This document shows positions 9,562 to 19,595 of a stretch of DNA of 64,000 bases, piece by piece. The translations under genes and the position numbers were made by a program. Positions within the stretch are counted from its first letter, which is position 1. Every line of letters starts with the position of its first letter. The notes under the pieces are model-generated. The model saw only the letters and a program-made list of their open reading frames with translations, had not been told where the DNA came from and did not search any database. The stretch is taken from positions 704,001 to 768,000 of the forward strand of contig CAVTRN010000002.1 of NCBI GenBank assembly GCA_963737155.1, in the 5' to 3' direction. The stretch is from Nitrospirota bacterium (GTDB lineage: Bacteria > Nitrospirota > UBA9217).

Positions 9562-9719
9562 ATTCAAGCTAAGGGAATCCCGTTATAGTCGGGAGCGGAG
9601 CCGCCGCTGTAATCCCAACCCCGTTTGAAAGGGGTATATCCTTTACTAAATGCGCCACTGGCCAATGATTGGGCTGGGAAGGCCGGTAAAGGTGGGAGAG
9701 CCAGAAGACCTGCTTGAAC
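9562..9719 (+). ncRNA. Cobalamin riboswitch (first of tandem pair)
   Basis: AAGGGAATCCCG...GCCGCTGTAA...GCCACTG...GGGAAGGC...GAGCCAGAAGACCTGC; P1 TTCAAGC/GCTTGAA. Confidence 0.9.
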
Positions 9720-9772
9720 ACATTCGCACAATCTTCGGAGCTAAGATCATGTGTGGATTATGGCGTTCACCT

Positions 9773-9809
9773 AATCCCCAGTCTTACATCGATGACTGGG
9801 GATTTTTTT
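9773..9809 (+). terminator. Intrinsic terminator between the tandem riboswitches
   Basis: AATCCCCAGTC/GACTGGGGATT perfect stem followed by a T-run. Confidence 0.85.
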
Positions 9810-9882
9810 GTTCGATTGCACAAATGAATGCGTTGCAAGATGCGACCCGAAGTCAAGATCCAAGACAAAGTTCAAATGCTCC

Positions 9883-10024
9883 AACGGGAATGAGAAAGCG
9901 GAAAGGGGTGCGATTCCCCTGCTGTCGCGCAACTGTAATGGAAACGAAAGCCGACAACGCCACTGCCCTCACCGGGGCGGGAAGGCCGGCGAGTAGGATG
10001 TCCTGAGCCAGGAGACGTCTCGTT
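9883..10024 (+). ncRNA. Cobalamin riboswitch (second of tandem pair)
   Basis: GCGGAAAGGGGTGCGATTCCCCT...GCAACTGTAA...GCCACTG...GGGAAGGC...GAGCCAGGAGAC. Confidence 0.85.
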
Positions 10025-10244
10025 CAATACCCCCGCGTGGAAGGAGAAAAACATGGCAGAGAAAATACCGGTGTTGCCGTAGACGGCAAAAGAGTGCTAT
10101 TTGGCAGAGGAGCCGACCGCGATTCTCTCGATGAGGCAAAAAGATCCGCGGTAGGACGAACAAGGGAACAGCATGCCCCGTCATGCGCAGGCCAGATGTT
10201 GATCTCGGAATAGTGAACAGGGCGTCATTCAGGAGATAATTGCA

Positions 10245-11297
10245 TTGGAACATTTACGAAGCAGGATTTCACGGGTAAATAGCGCGCTCTCCGAGGAGGC
10301 GCAGAAAAGGCTTGATAACCTTACGAAGCCGCAGGGGAGTCTCGGCAGGCTCGAAGAGTTTGCCCGAAGGATTGTGGCTATCACCGGTGACAAAATGCCT
10401 GTGCTCGACAAGAAGGTTATCTTCACGTTTGCAGGAGATCACGGCATTGCAGACGAGGGCGTATCCGCATTTCCGAAAGAAGTGACCGTGCAAATGGTGT
10501 TCAATTTTCTGCGCGGCGGTGCGGGCATCAATGTGCTCGCGCGGCATGCGGGCGCGGACGTCGTCGTCATCGACATCGGCGTGGATCATGACTTCGGCGA
10601 GTTACCTGGCCTGGTTTCACGAAAAGTCATGCGCGGGACTGCGAATATGTGCAAAGGGCCGGCCATGTCCAGACAGCAGGCCGAGCAGTGCATCCAGGTG
10701 GGGATCGACCTCGCCCGCCAGTACGCGGAAAAAGGGTATCGCATTTTCGGAACTGGAGACATGGGGATCGGCAACACCACGCCATCCAGCGCGATTGCAT
10801 CAGTGCTCACGGGGACGCCCGTTAGGGATGTGACCGGCAAGGGCACGGGTATTACCGACGAATCGCTCCGGCGCAAGATCACTCTTATCGAGGGCTGCAT
10901 TGTAAAGAACAAGCCCGATCCGAAGGACCCCATCGACGTGCTGGCCAAGGTGGGCGGCGCGGAGATCGGAGGCATTGCCGGGCTCATCCTGGGGGCGGCC
11001 TCCGAGCGCATCCCCGTGGTCGTGGACGGGTTCATATCAACGGCCGGGGCGATGATCGCCTACGTTCTCGAGCCGAAAACTGCGGATTATCTGTTCGCCG
11101 GCCATTCCTCGGTCGAGATCGGCCAGAAGGCGATGCTAGGGAAAATGGGTCTTGTGCCAATCCTCGATTTGAATCTCAGACTTGGGGAAGGCACGGGAGC
11201 CGCGCTCGCGATGATGATTATCGAGGCGGGGACCAGGATCTACCGGGAGATGGCCACCTTCGGTGAAGCAGGCGTTTCGAACGAGATTATCAATTGA
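10245..11297 (+). CDS. cobT: Nicotinate-nucleotide--dimethylbenzimidazole phosphoribosyltransferase
   Basis: [34 protein letters not shown]; TTG start with GGAG SD. Confidence 0.96.
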   Translation: MEHLRSRISRVNSALSEEAQKRLDNLTKPQGSLGRLEEFARRIVAITGDKMPVLDKKVIFTFAGDHGIADEGVSAFPKEVTVQMVFNFLRGGAGINVLARHAGADVVVIDIGVDHDFGELPGLVSRKVMRGTANMCKGPAMSRQQAEQCIQVGIDLARQYAEKGYRIFGTGDMGIGNTTPSSAIASVLTGTPVRDVTGKGTGITDESLRRKITLIEGCIVKNKPDPKDPIDVLAKVGGAEIGGIAGLILGAASERIPVVVDGFISTAGAMIAYVLEPKTADYLFAGHSSVEIGQKAMLGKMGLVPILDLNLRLGEGTGAALAMMIIEAGTRIYREMATFGEAGVSNEIIN

Positions 11298-11445
11298 CAT
11301 ATTCACAGTTTGAGGAAGTCGATCGGGGCCCGATTTCGATCTGACGCACGAAAATTCTTCTTGGATCTTCGGAGTGAGCTCGGACAAACGCACCGTCGAA
11401 GGGCAGACGCTGGTTGTCCTTCTAACAATCAAAAGGAGACAGTAC

Positions 11446-12756
11446 ATGACTACGCAAATAGAATATGCCCGGAAAGGGATTGTTACCGCCCAGATGGAGG
11501 CAGTCGCAATTCAAGAAAATTTACCACTTGACTACATAAAAACGATGGTAGCACAGGGAAAGATCGTCATTCCCTGGAACAACAAGCGAAAACCGAAAGC
11601 GGTTGGTGTCGGGAAAGGGCTGAGAACAAAAATAAATGCCTCGATCGGGACGTCTTCCGACATCATCGACTATGCAGCCGAGGTCCGCAAGGCGAAAGTC
11701 GCGGTTGCCGCCGGCACGGACACGCTCATGGAACTCTCGGTAGGCGGCGACCTGGACCGGGTGCGGCGCGAGGTGATTGCGGCCGTCGACATCCCGGTTG
11801 GCAATGTGCCCTTGTACCAGGCATTCTGCGAGGCCGGACGAAAGTACGGCAACCCGAACAAGCTAGACGAGGAAATGCTGTTCGATCTGATCGAACAACA
11901 GTGCGCCGACGGCATTGCCTTCATGGCGATCCATTGCGGTATAAATCTTTATACCATCGAGCGCCTGAAAAAACAGGGATATCGGTATGGCGGGCTGGTC
12001 AGCAAGGGCGGGGTCAGCATGGTCGCCTGGATGCTCGCCAACAACCGGGAAAATCCGCTGTATGAGAAATTCGACCGGGTGGTCTCCATCCTGAAAAAAT
12101 ACGATGTAGTCCTCTCGCTCGGGAACGGGCTCAGAGCGGGGGCCATTCACGACTCTTCCGACCGGGCGCAAATACAGGAATTGATCATTAACTGCGAGCT
12201 GTCAGAAATAGGCCGCGACATGGGTTGCCAGATGCTCGTGGAAGGGCCGGGACATGTGCCGCTCGACGAGATCGAAGGCAATATTCAGCTGCAAAAACGC
12301 ATGAGCGGCGGCGCTCCCTACTATATGCTGGGACCCATATCGACCGATGTCGCACCCGGTTTCGACCACATTACCGCAGCCATCGGAGCAGCGCAATCCA
12401 GCCGTTACGGCGCGGACCTGATCTGCTACATTACACCAGCGGAGCATCTCGCGCTGCCGAACGAGGACGATGTGCGTCAAGGGGTGCAGGCGGCAAGGAT
12501 CGCCGCCTATATCGGCGATATGAACAAGTATCCGGATACAGGGAGAACGCTCGATATGGAGATGAGCAAGGCGCGGCGCGACCTCAATTGGGACAAGCAG
12601 TTTAAACTTGCTCTTTATCCGGAGGAGGCAATCGCGATCCGCAAAAGCCGCATGCCTGAGCATGAAGATTCGTGCACAATGTGCGGGAGTTTTTGCGCCG
12701 CGAAAGGCGCTGCTAAACTTTTTTCGCATGACCTGCAGCAAGGCGGAAAATTGTAA
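11446..12756 (+). CDS. bzaF: ThiC-like 5-hydroxybenzimidazole synthase BzaF
   Basis: ThiC fold with INASIGTSSD, EGPGH, C-terminal CTMCGSFC; directly after cobT in a B12-riboswitch operon. Confidence 0.85.
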   Translation: MTTQIEYARKGIVTAQMEAVAIQENLPLDYIKTMVAQGKIVIPWNNKRKPKAVGVGKGLRTKINASIGTSSDIIDYAAEVRKAKVAVAAGTDTLMELSVGGDLDRVRREVIAAVDIPVGNVPLYQAFCEAGRKYGNPNKLDEEMLFDLIEQQCADGIAFMAIHCGINLYTIERLKKQGYRYGGLVSKGGVSMVAWMLANNRENPLYEKFDRVVSILKKYDVVLSLGNGLRAGAIHDSSDRAQIQELIINCELSEIGRDMGCQMLVEGPGHVPLDEIEGNIQLQKRMSGGAPYYMLGPISTDVAPGFDHITAAIGAAQSSRYGADLICYITPAEHLALPNEDDVRQGVQAARIAAYIGDMNKYPDTGRTLDMEMSKARRDLNWDKQFKLALYPEEAIAIRKSRMPEHEDSCTMCGSFCAAKGAAKLFSHDLQQGGKL

Positions 12757-12826
12757 AGAGAATCACTGGGTTTCCCCGTCGTCTTATGTCGGGGAGGCCC
12801 GGTGAAGACGTTCACAAGGAGCAGCA

Positions 12827-14365
12827 TTGGCCAAGGCATTGATGATACAGGGGACGGGTTCGGGCGCGGGCAAGAGCCTCATCGCAGCTGCGCTGTGCAG
12901 GGTCTTTTCCGACCAGGGGATCAGTGTTGCACCCTTCAAGGCGCAGAACATGGCGCTCAACTCATTCATCACCGCGGAAGGCGGGGAGATCGGACGGGCG
13001 CAGGCGCTTCAGGCGCGCGCCGCACGGGTGGAATGCACTACTGACATGAACCCCATTCTGCTCAAGGTATCGGGAGAGGCGGGTTCACAGGTTATTATCC
13101 ACGGGAGGGCTCACGCAACAATGCAAGCCCGGCAGTATTATTCGTTCCGGGATGAGGCATGGAAGGCGGTAAGGGAGTCCTACAAAAGGCTTTCGAAAAA
13201 ACATGAGTTGATCGTCATCGAGGGCGCGGGAAGTCCCGCAGAGATCAATCTCGCGAAGGTTGACATCGTCAACATGGCCATGGCAAAACATGCGAAGGCG
13301 CCCGTGCTACTTATTGGCGACATCGATAAGGGCGGCGTGTTCGCGTCGCTTTACGGCACGGTCAAGTTGCTCGGCCGGGACAGCAGGTTTATCAAGGGGT
13401 TCGTGATCAACAAGTTCCGGGGAGACCGGGCCATCCTCGATCCGGGTCTCGACATGATCCGTGACCGAACCGGCAAACCGGTGGTCGGCGTCCTTCCCTA
13501 TATCCACGAGATCGGGCTTCCCGAGGAGGATGGCTTGGCGCTTGAGAAACGGATTCAGAAAAGCGGCGGCCCGTCTTCCACGGGACGATTGAAGATCGCC
13601 ATTGTGCGGTTGAAGTATATTTCCAACTTCACCGACTTCGATCCCCTTGAGTTGGAACCCGACGTCGAAGTCGTGTATTCCGAGAATTTCGCCGATATAG
13701 AAAACGCCGATCTCGTCATCATTCCCGGTTCGAAGAACACCGTCGAGGATCTCCTTCTGCTGAAGAAGAAACGGCTCGATGCCAGCATCAAAAGGGCATT
13801 TGAAAAAGGCTCGCAGATCATCGGTATTTGCGGCGGATACCAGATGCTTGGCAGGAAGATTGAAGATCCCCATTGCGCGGAAAGCAGACACCGGAGCATC
13901 GACGGCATGGGCCTATTGAACATCGAGACGATATTCGAGCGGGGGAAAAAGACGTGTCTCATAGAAGCAGAAATGGCATCAAACGCGGAATTCGGACTGC
14001 GGAATGAGGATTTGAACAGAGACATCCTGAAGGGCTATGAAATCCACATGGGGACGAGCAGGGGGGATGTCGGTTTGTTCAAGGTGAGAAGATTGTCCGC
14101 GAAATCCGCAACCCGCAATTCACGGTCCGAAATTCTGGACGGATCGATGAACGGGAATTGCTGGGGGACCTACATTCACGGCATCTTCGATAACGATTCG
14201 TTCAGGCAGCGGATAATCAATCTAGCCCGGTCCCGGAAGGGGCTGCCTCACCGGGAATCCGCCGTGAGTTACGATGAGTCACAGGAATGTGCATTGGACC
14301 GTCTGGCGGTGGTATTCAGGGAAAATGTTGATATGGATTTTATTCGGGGCATTACGGGGCTATGA
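12827..14365 (+). CDS. cobQ: Cobyric acid synthase
   Basis: QGTGSGAGKS, PFKAQNMALNS, EGAGSPAEINL, GICGGYQMLG, GYEIH. Confidence 0.96.
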   Translation: MAKALMIQGTGSGAGKSLIAAALCRVFSDQGISVAPFKAQNMALNSFITAEGGEIGRAQALQARAARVECTTDMNPILLKVSGEAGSQVIIHGRAHATMQARQYYSFRDEAWKAVRESYKRLSKKHELIVIEGAGSPAEINLAKVDIVNMAMAKHAKAPVLLIGDIDKGGVFASLYGTVKLLGRDSRFIKGFVINKFRGDRAILDPGLDMIRDRTGKPVVGVLPYIHEIGLPEEDGLALEKRIQKSGGPSSTGRLKIAIVRLKYISNFTDFDPLELEPDVEVVYSENFADIENADLVIIPGSKNTVEDLLLLKKKRLDASIKRAFEKGSQIIGICGGYQMLGRKIEDPHCAESRHRSIDGMGLLNIETIFERGKKTCLIEAEMASNAEFGLRNEDLNRDILKGYEIHMGTSRGDVGLFKVRRLSAKSATRNSRSEILDGSMNGNCWGTYIHGIFDNDSFRQRIINLARSRKGLPHRESAVSYDESQECALDRLAVVFRENVDMDFIRGITGL

Positions 14366-15360
14366 TAGGCGCAATGGACTTGATACTAGCCTTCATCCTG
14401 GACCTCTGCATCGGGGACCCTCGGTGGGCGCCCCATCCGGTTAGGGTGATCGGGGCCGCCGCGAGCAGGGTGGAAGGCTTCTGGAGAAAATTCTGCCACA
14501 CCCCGTTGGGAGAGAGATGGGGAGGGGTGCTGCTCGTCCTGTCCATCGTCCTGCCGGTGTACATCCTCACTGACTTCGTCGTGATAGCGGTCAGCAGGAT
14601 CTCCATGCAACTATCCGCCGTCATCGGGACTGTCGTGCTCGTGTATCTTATCGCTACGACGATTGCTACACGTGATTTGATCCGATCCGCGCGGCTCGTG
14701 ATCGCAGCGATAAGGGATGAGGAGCTTGAAGCAGCTAGACGTCATGTAAGCATGATCGTGGGGCGCGATACCCATGATCTCTCTGAGAAAGCAGTCCTCA
14801 AAGCCACGATCGAAACCCTGGCAGAGAGTCTTTCAGACGGCATTGTAGCGCCGCTCTTTTACCTGGCACTTGGGGGACTTCCCCTGGCCATGGCATATAA
14901 AGCCGTTAACACACTCGATTCTATGGTGGGATATAAGAATGAACGGTACCGGTATTTCGGTTGGGCGGCGGCGAGGCTAGACGATGTCGCGAATTATGCG
15001 CCCGCCCGCATTACTGGACTGCTTATCGTGGTTGCTTCCTTTCTGGTGTCCCTGGTAAAGGATGGGGCGGCCGCAAAGGCAGTGGTCGGCCGGTCGCTTT
15101 CCGTGATGCTCAGGGACGGAAGAAAGCATCCAAGCCCGAATAGCGGGATTCCCGAGGCTGCCATGGCGGGGGCGTTAGGAATCCAGCTCGGAGGACCGTC
15201 CACCTACGGAGGCGTGCTGGTCGAAAAGCCCCGGATCGGGGATGGGAGAACGGATGATTATCTTGCTGTTTCCCTGCGGGCCGTTACTGTAGTCTACGTA
15301 ACGTCGGTCCTGGCCCTGGCTTTGGCTGCCTCGCTCCTTGCTCTGAGGAGAACGTCATGA
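14362..15360 (+). CDS. cbiB: Adenosylcobinamide-phosphate synthase
   Basis: GDPRWAPHPV, IVGRDT, NTLDSMVGY, SPNSGIPEAAMAGAL. Confidence 0.96.
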   Translation: MIGAMDLILAFILDLCIGDPRWAPHPVRVIGAAASRVEGFWRKFCHTPLGERWGGVLLVLSIVLPVYILTDFVVIAVSRISMQLSAVIGTVVLVYLIATTIATRDLIRSARLVIAAIRDEELEAARRHVSMIVGRDTHDLSEKAVLKATIETLAESLSDGIVAPLFYLALGGLPLAMAYKAVNTLDSMVGYKNERYRYFGWAAARLDDVANYAPARITGLLIVVASFLVSLVKDGAAAKAVVGRSLSVMLRDGRKHPSPNSGIPEAAMAGALGIQLGGPSTYGGVLVEKPRIGDGRTDDYLAVSLRAVTVVYVTSVLALALAASLLALRRTS

Positions 15361-16415
15361 TGGAGCACGGAGGAAATGTACACCGGGCTTCGGAGGAAAC
15401 GGGTATCCCGGTCGACGAGATTATTGACTTCAGCGCATCCATTAACCCCCTCGGCGTGCCCGACACGGTAACCGAAGTGATCCGGGAGAATATCCGTTAT
15501 CTGGTCCATTACCCGGAGCCTTTCGCGGAGAATCTCGCAGCTCATCTAGGGAGGCACCTGGATATCGACCCGCAGACGATCGTCTGCGGCAACGGAAGCA
15601 CGGAGCTGATCTATCTCGTTGTCCGGGCGTTGGCCCCGCGGAGGGTGCTCGTAACAGCACCGACCTTCTCGGAGTACGGGCGGGCATGCTCGATGCTCCG
15701 TGGTACATCGTGCGTTCGCTTCGCTTTGACGCGGGAAAACGGATTTGCAATTGACCCCGGCGCATTTATTGACGCAATGACGGGATGCAGCATGGCCTTC
15801 CTCTGCAACCCCAACAACCCTACCGGCAGGCTGCTGCAGAGGGATACGGTGATGGCCATTGCCGAAGCCGCGCGGCGCCGATCGTGCCATCTCGTGGTGG
15901 ACGAGGCATTCATTGATTTCGTGCCGGAACATTCGGTGGCCGGTGAGGTCGCGAAGAATTCCCATCTTATCGTGCTGAGGTCGCTTACGAAATTCTATGC
16001 CCTTTCAGGCCTACGGATCGGCTACAGCGTATTTCCCCGGACCCTTGCAGAACTGATGAAAAAACATAAGGAACCATGGACAATCAACACACTCGCGCAG
16101 AAGGCTGGCATCACGGCGATCGATGACCGTGGTTACCAGGAAAGGACCGTCGCCGTCATCGCGGAAGAAAAGCGGTTTCTGGAAAAGGAGCTGGCGGCAC
16201 AGGGGATCGATTATGTCCCCTCGGCTGCAAATTACTATCTACTGAAGCTGGATCATGCCCAGATGGTCGTAGCCTCACTTCGGGAGAAAGGTCTCCTGGT
16301 GAGGGACTGTTCCAATTTCCCGGGACTTGATTGCTCGTACATCCGCATTGCGGTACGATCCCATCGAGAGAATGCAATATTATTGAAGGAGTTTGCACAG
16401 ACATGCGCGGCATAG
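15357..16415 (+). CDS. cobD: L-threonine-O-3-phosphate decarboxylase
   Basis: HGGN, DFSASINPLG, CNPNNPTG, DEAF, RSLTKFY.LSGLRIGY. Confidence 0.93.
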   Translation: MMEHGGNVHRASEETGIPVDEIIDFSASINPLGVPDTVTEVIRENIRYLVHYPEPFAENLAAHLGRHLDIDPQTIVCGNGSTELIYLVVRALAPRRVLVTAPTFSEYGRACSMLRGTSCVRFALTRENGFAIDPGAFIDAMTGCSMAFLCNPNNPTGRLLQRDTVMAIAEAARRRSCHLVVDEAFIDFVPEHSVAGEVAKNSHLIVLRSLTKFYALSGLRIGYSVFPRTLAELMKKHKEPWTINTLAQKAGITAIDDRGYQERTVAVIAEEKRFLEKELAAQGIDYVPSAANYYLLKLDHAQMVVASLREKGLLVRDCSNFPGLDCSYIRIAVRSHRENAILLKEFAQTCAA

Positions 16416-17797
16416 TTATCGCAGGGACGCACAGCGGCTGCGGCAAGACGACGGTTACCCTCGGCATTCTCGCTGCCTTGAGGAAAAAGGGTCTCGTGGC
16501 GCAGCCTTTCAAAGCCGGACCAGATTTCATCGATGCCGGGCTTCACCGGCTTGCCGTGGATCGGCCGTCCCGGAACCTCGACCAGTGGATGTGCGGACGG
16601 GAGTACGTGATCGAGTGTTTCAGGAGGCATGCGGCCGGAGCCGATATCGCGGTTGTAGAGGGTGTCATGGGCATGTACGACGGCGATTCGAGCACGGCGG
16701 GCCTGGCGCGCCTTCTGCGTGTTCCGGTCCTTCTCGTGGTCGACGCGTATGGCATGGCCGAGAGCGCGGGAGCGGTGGTGAAGGGATTCACGAATTTCGG
16801 ATTGTCGTTTGCCCACGGTGAACCCGAGGAGACACACTTGGAAAACGGTAATCGTAAGTCGTTAACGAACGTTGCCGGCGTGATCTTCAACCGGGTCGCT
16901 TCGGAGAACCATTACGAGAGACTCAGGGGCAGTGTCCTTGACGTGCCGGTATTCGGTTACCTCCCGAAGGAGCTAAACTTCGAGATTCCGCATCGTCACC
17001 TCGGCCTCAGCATTGCGGAAGAAACCCCGATTCCTGGCGAAAATATCGAAAGGCTTGCCGATGCAGTCATCCATCACGTTGATATCGATGCCATTATTAG
17101 GCAGGCTGAAATTTCGAACGGGGGGACGTATCACCGTGAAGCCGAGGGCACGAAGAAAACTGGAAAATTCAGACTCGCCGTTGCCTATGACAAGGCGTTC
17201 AGTTTTTATTATGAAGATAACCTGGATCTGATGCGCGATGCAGGCGCGGAGATTATCCATTTCAGCCCGCTTGTCGATCGGACCATCCCGGACAGAGCCG
17301 ATGCCGTCTATATCGGAGGCGGGTATCCCGAGCTCCACGCCTGCGCGCTGTCCCGCAATATGTCCATGCTCGGGTCGATCCATGCATGGGCGTGCGCCGG
17401 AAAACCGCTGTATGCCGAATGCGGCGGGCTGATGTACCTTTCGAAGGGCATCAGCGACTTCGACAACAGATTTTATGCCATGGCCGGAGTGTTCTCCTTC
17501 GATACGAGGATGACGCAAAAACCGCGTCTCGGCTATCGCGAGATACTGCTGAACGAGGACTGCATCATCGGCGCCAGGGGTGAGAGGTGCCGGGGGCACG
17601 AGTTCCACTATTCGGAGATTCAGGAGGGTGCGCCGGGGCTGGTCTATTCACTGAGCGACAGCCGCGGCAAGATCCTTCCGACCGAAGGGTTCCGGTACAA
17701 GAACACCCTTGCCAGTTACGTCCATGTCCATTTCGGCAGCAACCGACGAATTGCAGAACACGCTGCCGGTCTTATAAAAGGAGAGATAGTGCTATGA
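16403..17797 (+). CDS. cbiA: Cobyrinate a,c-diamide synthase
   Basis: SGCGKTT, FKAGPDFID, EGVMG, AECGGLMYL, GHEFHYS. Confidence 0.96.
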   Translation: MRGIVIAGTHSGCGKTTVTLGILAALRKKGLVAQPFKAGPDFIDAGLHRLAVDRPSRNLDQWMCGREYVIECFRRHAAGADIAVVEGVMGMYDGDSSTAGLARLLRVPVLLVVDAYGMAESAGAVVKGFTNFGLSFAHGEPEETHLENGNRKSLTNVAGVIFNRVASENHYERLRGSVLDVPVFGYLPKELNFEIPHRHLGLSIAEETPIPGENIERLADAVIHHVDIDAIIRQAEISNGGTYHREAEGTKKTGKFRLAVAYDKAFSFYYEDNLDLMRDAGAEIIHFSPLVDRTIPDRADAVYIGGGYPELHACALSRNMSMLGSIHAWACAGKPLYAECGGLMYLSKGISDFDNRFYAMAGVFSFDTRMTQKPRLGYREILLNEDCIIGARGERCRGHEFHYSEIQEGAPGLVYSLSDSRGKILPTEGFRYKNTLASYVHVHFGSNRRIAEHAAGLIKGEIVL

Positions 17798-18813
17798 AAG
17801 AAAGCATCTTGCTGCTCGGACATGGAAGCCCAAAAAAAGACGCAAACAATCTTGAGCGAGTCGGAAAGATGCTGCACGGCATGCTGCATATAGGATGCTC
17901 GGAAGACTGCGTCGGGATCGCTTATCTTCAGTTTGCCGAACCGGGAATTATGGATGCCATTAAAGGGTGCGTTGAGAAGGGGGCAAAAAAGGTCATTCTT
18001 CATCCTTTTTTCCTGAGCGCCGGTCTGCACGTTACAAAGGACATCCCGGGTTTGATCGAAGACGCGCGGAACCTCTATCCCGACGTGAAATTTGTTTATA
18101 CCGAGCCGCTCGGCATCCATGAAAAACTGGCACATATCGTAATGGAGCGGATCAGCGCAGCCGAGGACCTTGCGCCAGCAGACATAGAAAAAAGGAGTTT
18201 TGACATTCTTTCCGCCGAGGCGGATCTGAGCGGCATCCCGGCCGATCGTTTGCCGATCGTGCAACGCGTCATTCATGCCACGGCAGATTTTGAATTCAAG
18301 AACACGCTGACGTTTCACCCGGATGCTGTCGCCTGTGGAATCAAGGCTATCAGGGCGGGGAAGGACATTTTGACCGACGTTGAGATGGTGAAAACGGGGA
18401 TCAATAAGAGATGGCTTTCTCCCTGGGGAGGGAAGGTTATCTGCAGCATTCAAAATACCGGCGCACAGGGATTGGATGAGCCGCCCGAAAAAGGGAAAAC
18501 CTCGACGCGCGCGGAGCGAGGGATCGAAGCGGCGTTGAAAGAGGGCCACAATATCGGCATCATCGCTATCGGGAATGCACCCACGGCCCTGCTGAAGGTG
18601 ATTGAATTATTCAACGCTTCGCCCGCTGTTGGACGTACGTTGCCGCTTGTGGTCGGTGTGCCCGTAGGGTTTGTGAAAGCCGTGGAATCCAAGGCCCTCC
18701 TTGCGGAACAACAGTTCCCCTTTGTAACCGCCTTGGGAAGAAAGGGCGGGACACCCGCGGCGGTGGCGATCGTGAACGCTCTACTGAAAATGACGGGAGA
18801 AAAAACATCATGA
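17794..18813 (+). CDS. cbiX-cbiC: Fusion of short CbiX cobaltochelatase and cobalt-precorrin-8 methylmutase CbiC
   Basis: N-terminal GHGS, AYLQFAEP, PFFLSAGLHVTKDIP; C-terminal RVIHATAD, IGNAPTAL, GVPVGFV, GRKGG. Confidence 0.9.
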   Translation: MKESILLLGHGSPKKDANNLERVGKMLHGMLHIGCSEDCVGIAYLQFAEPGIMDAIKGCVEKGAKKVILHPFFLSAGLHVTKDIPGLIEDARNLYPDVKFVYTEPLGIHEKLAHIVMERISAAEDLAPADIEKRSFDILSAEADLSGIPADRLPIVQRVIHATADFEFKNTLTFHPDAVACGIKAIRAGKDILTDVEMVKTGINKRWLSPWGGKVICSIQNTGAQGLDEPPEKGKTSTRAERGIEAALKEGHNIGIIAIGNAPTALLKVIELFNASPAVGRTLPLVVGVPVGFVKAVESKALLAEQQFPFVTALGRKGGTPAAVAIVNALLKMTGEKTS

Positions 18814-19595
18814 TCATGAAATTAAGAAGTGCAAAGAGCAATGTTCGTAAGGATATATTCTTTCTTCTTTTGCTTGTTGCATACTGCCTGCTGTTTACCG
18901 CTCAGGACGCCTATGCCATGCATATTTCCGAAGGCATATTGCCTCTTAACTGGGCGGCGTTTTGGTTTGCCGTCGCAGCGCCGTTTGTTGCTTTTGGCCT
19001 TTATCGACTCAAGAAACTTTCGGCAGGTGACCTGTCGTTCAAGCCCCTCGTGGGCCTCATGGCCGCCGTGGTTTTTATCATTTCCTGCATGCCTATCCCC
19101 GTTCCGACGGCGGGTACCTGCTCTCATCCCTGCGGAACAGGTATGTCGGGGATACTCCTTGGCCCGTTGATTAGCGTCCTGATCGCCGCGGTGGCACTCC
19201 TCATTCAGGCGCTTTTTCTCTCTCATGGCGGGTTGACCACCTTGGGAGCAAACATAGTGTCCATGGGCGTTATGGGATCATTTGCCGGGTATTTTACCTT
19301 CAGGGCATTGCGGTCGATGAAGATAAATATGGCAGTTGCAGGCTTTGTGGCCGGGCTGTTTGCGGACTGGGCGACATACCTCACCACATCCGTGGAACTT
19401 GCCTCGGGCATACGGGGGGACTCTCCCTTCCTCCCGCTTTTCTGGAAGATTGCTATTGCCTTCATGCCCACGCAGATTCCGCTCGGAATCCTGGAAGGCG
19501 CGATGACGGCGGGAATGGTTGTTCTGCTCTATAAGAAGCGTCCCGACCTTCTGGTGAAAATGGGCGTGTCGAAGCCGGAGGAGGTCAAGACATGA
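18810..19595 (+). CDS. cbiM: Cobalt ECF transporter S component CbiM with N-terminal leader
   Basis: AYA-MHISEGIL, GTCSHPCG, QALFLSHGG. Confidence 0.94.
   Translation: MIMKLRSAKSNVRKDIFFLLLLVAYCLLFTAQDAYAMHISEGILPLNWAAFWFAVAAPFVAFGLYRLKKLSAGDLSFKPLVGLMAAVVFIISCMPIPVPTAGTCSHPCGTGMSGILLGPLISVLIAAVALLIQALFLSHGGLTTLGANIVSMGVMGSFAGYFTFRALRSMKINMAVAGFVAGLFADWATYLTTSVELASGIRGDSPFLPLFWKIAIAFMPTQIPLGILEGAMTAGMVVLLYKKRPDLLVKMGVSKPEEVKT

Noticed and set aside
11446-12756. Calling the ThiC-like gene thiC
   Set aside because: It follows cobT under cobalamin riboswitches, with no TPP riboswitch or thi genes nearby.
12766-12802. GC-rich hairpin between bzaF and cobQ as a terminator
   Set aside because: No T-run follows; at most an mRNA stability element.
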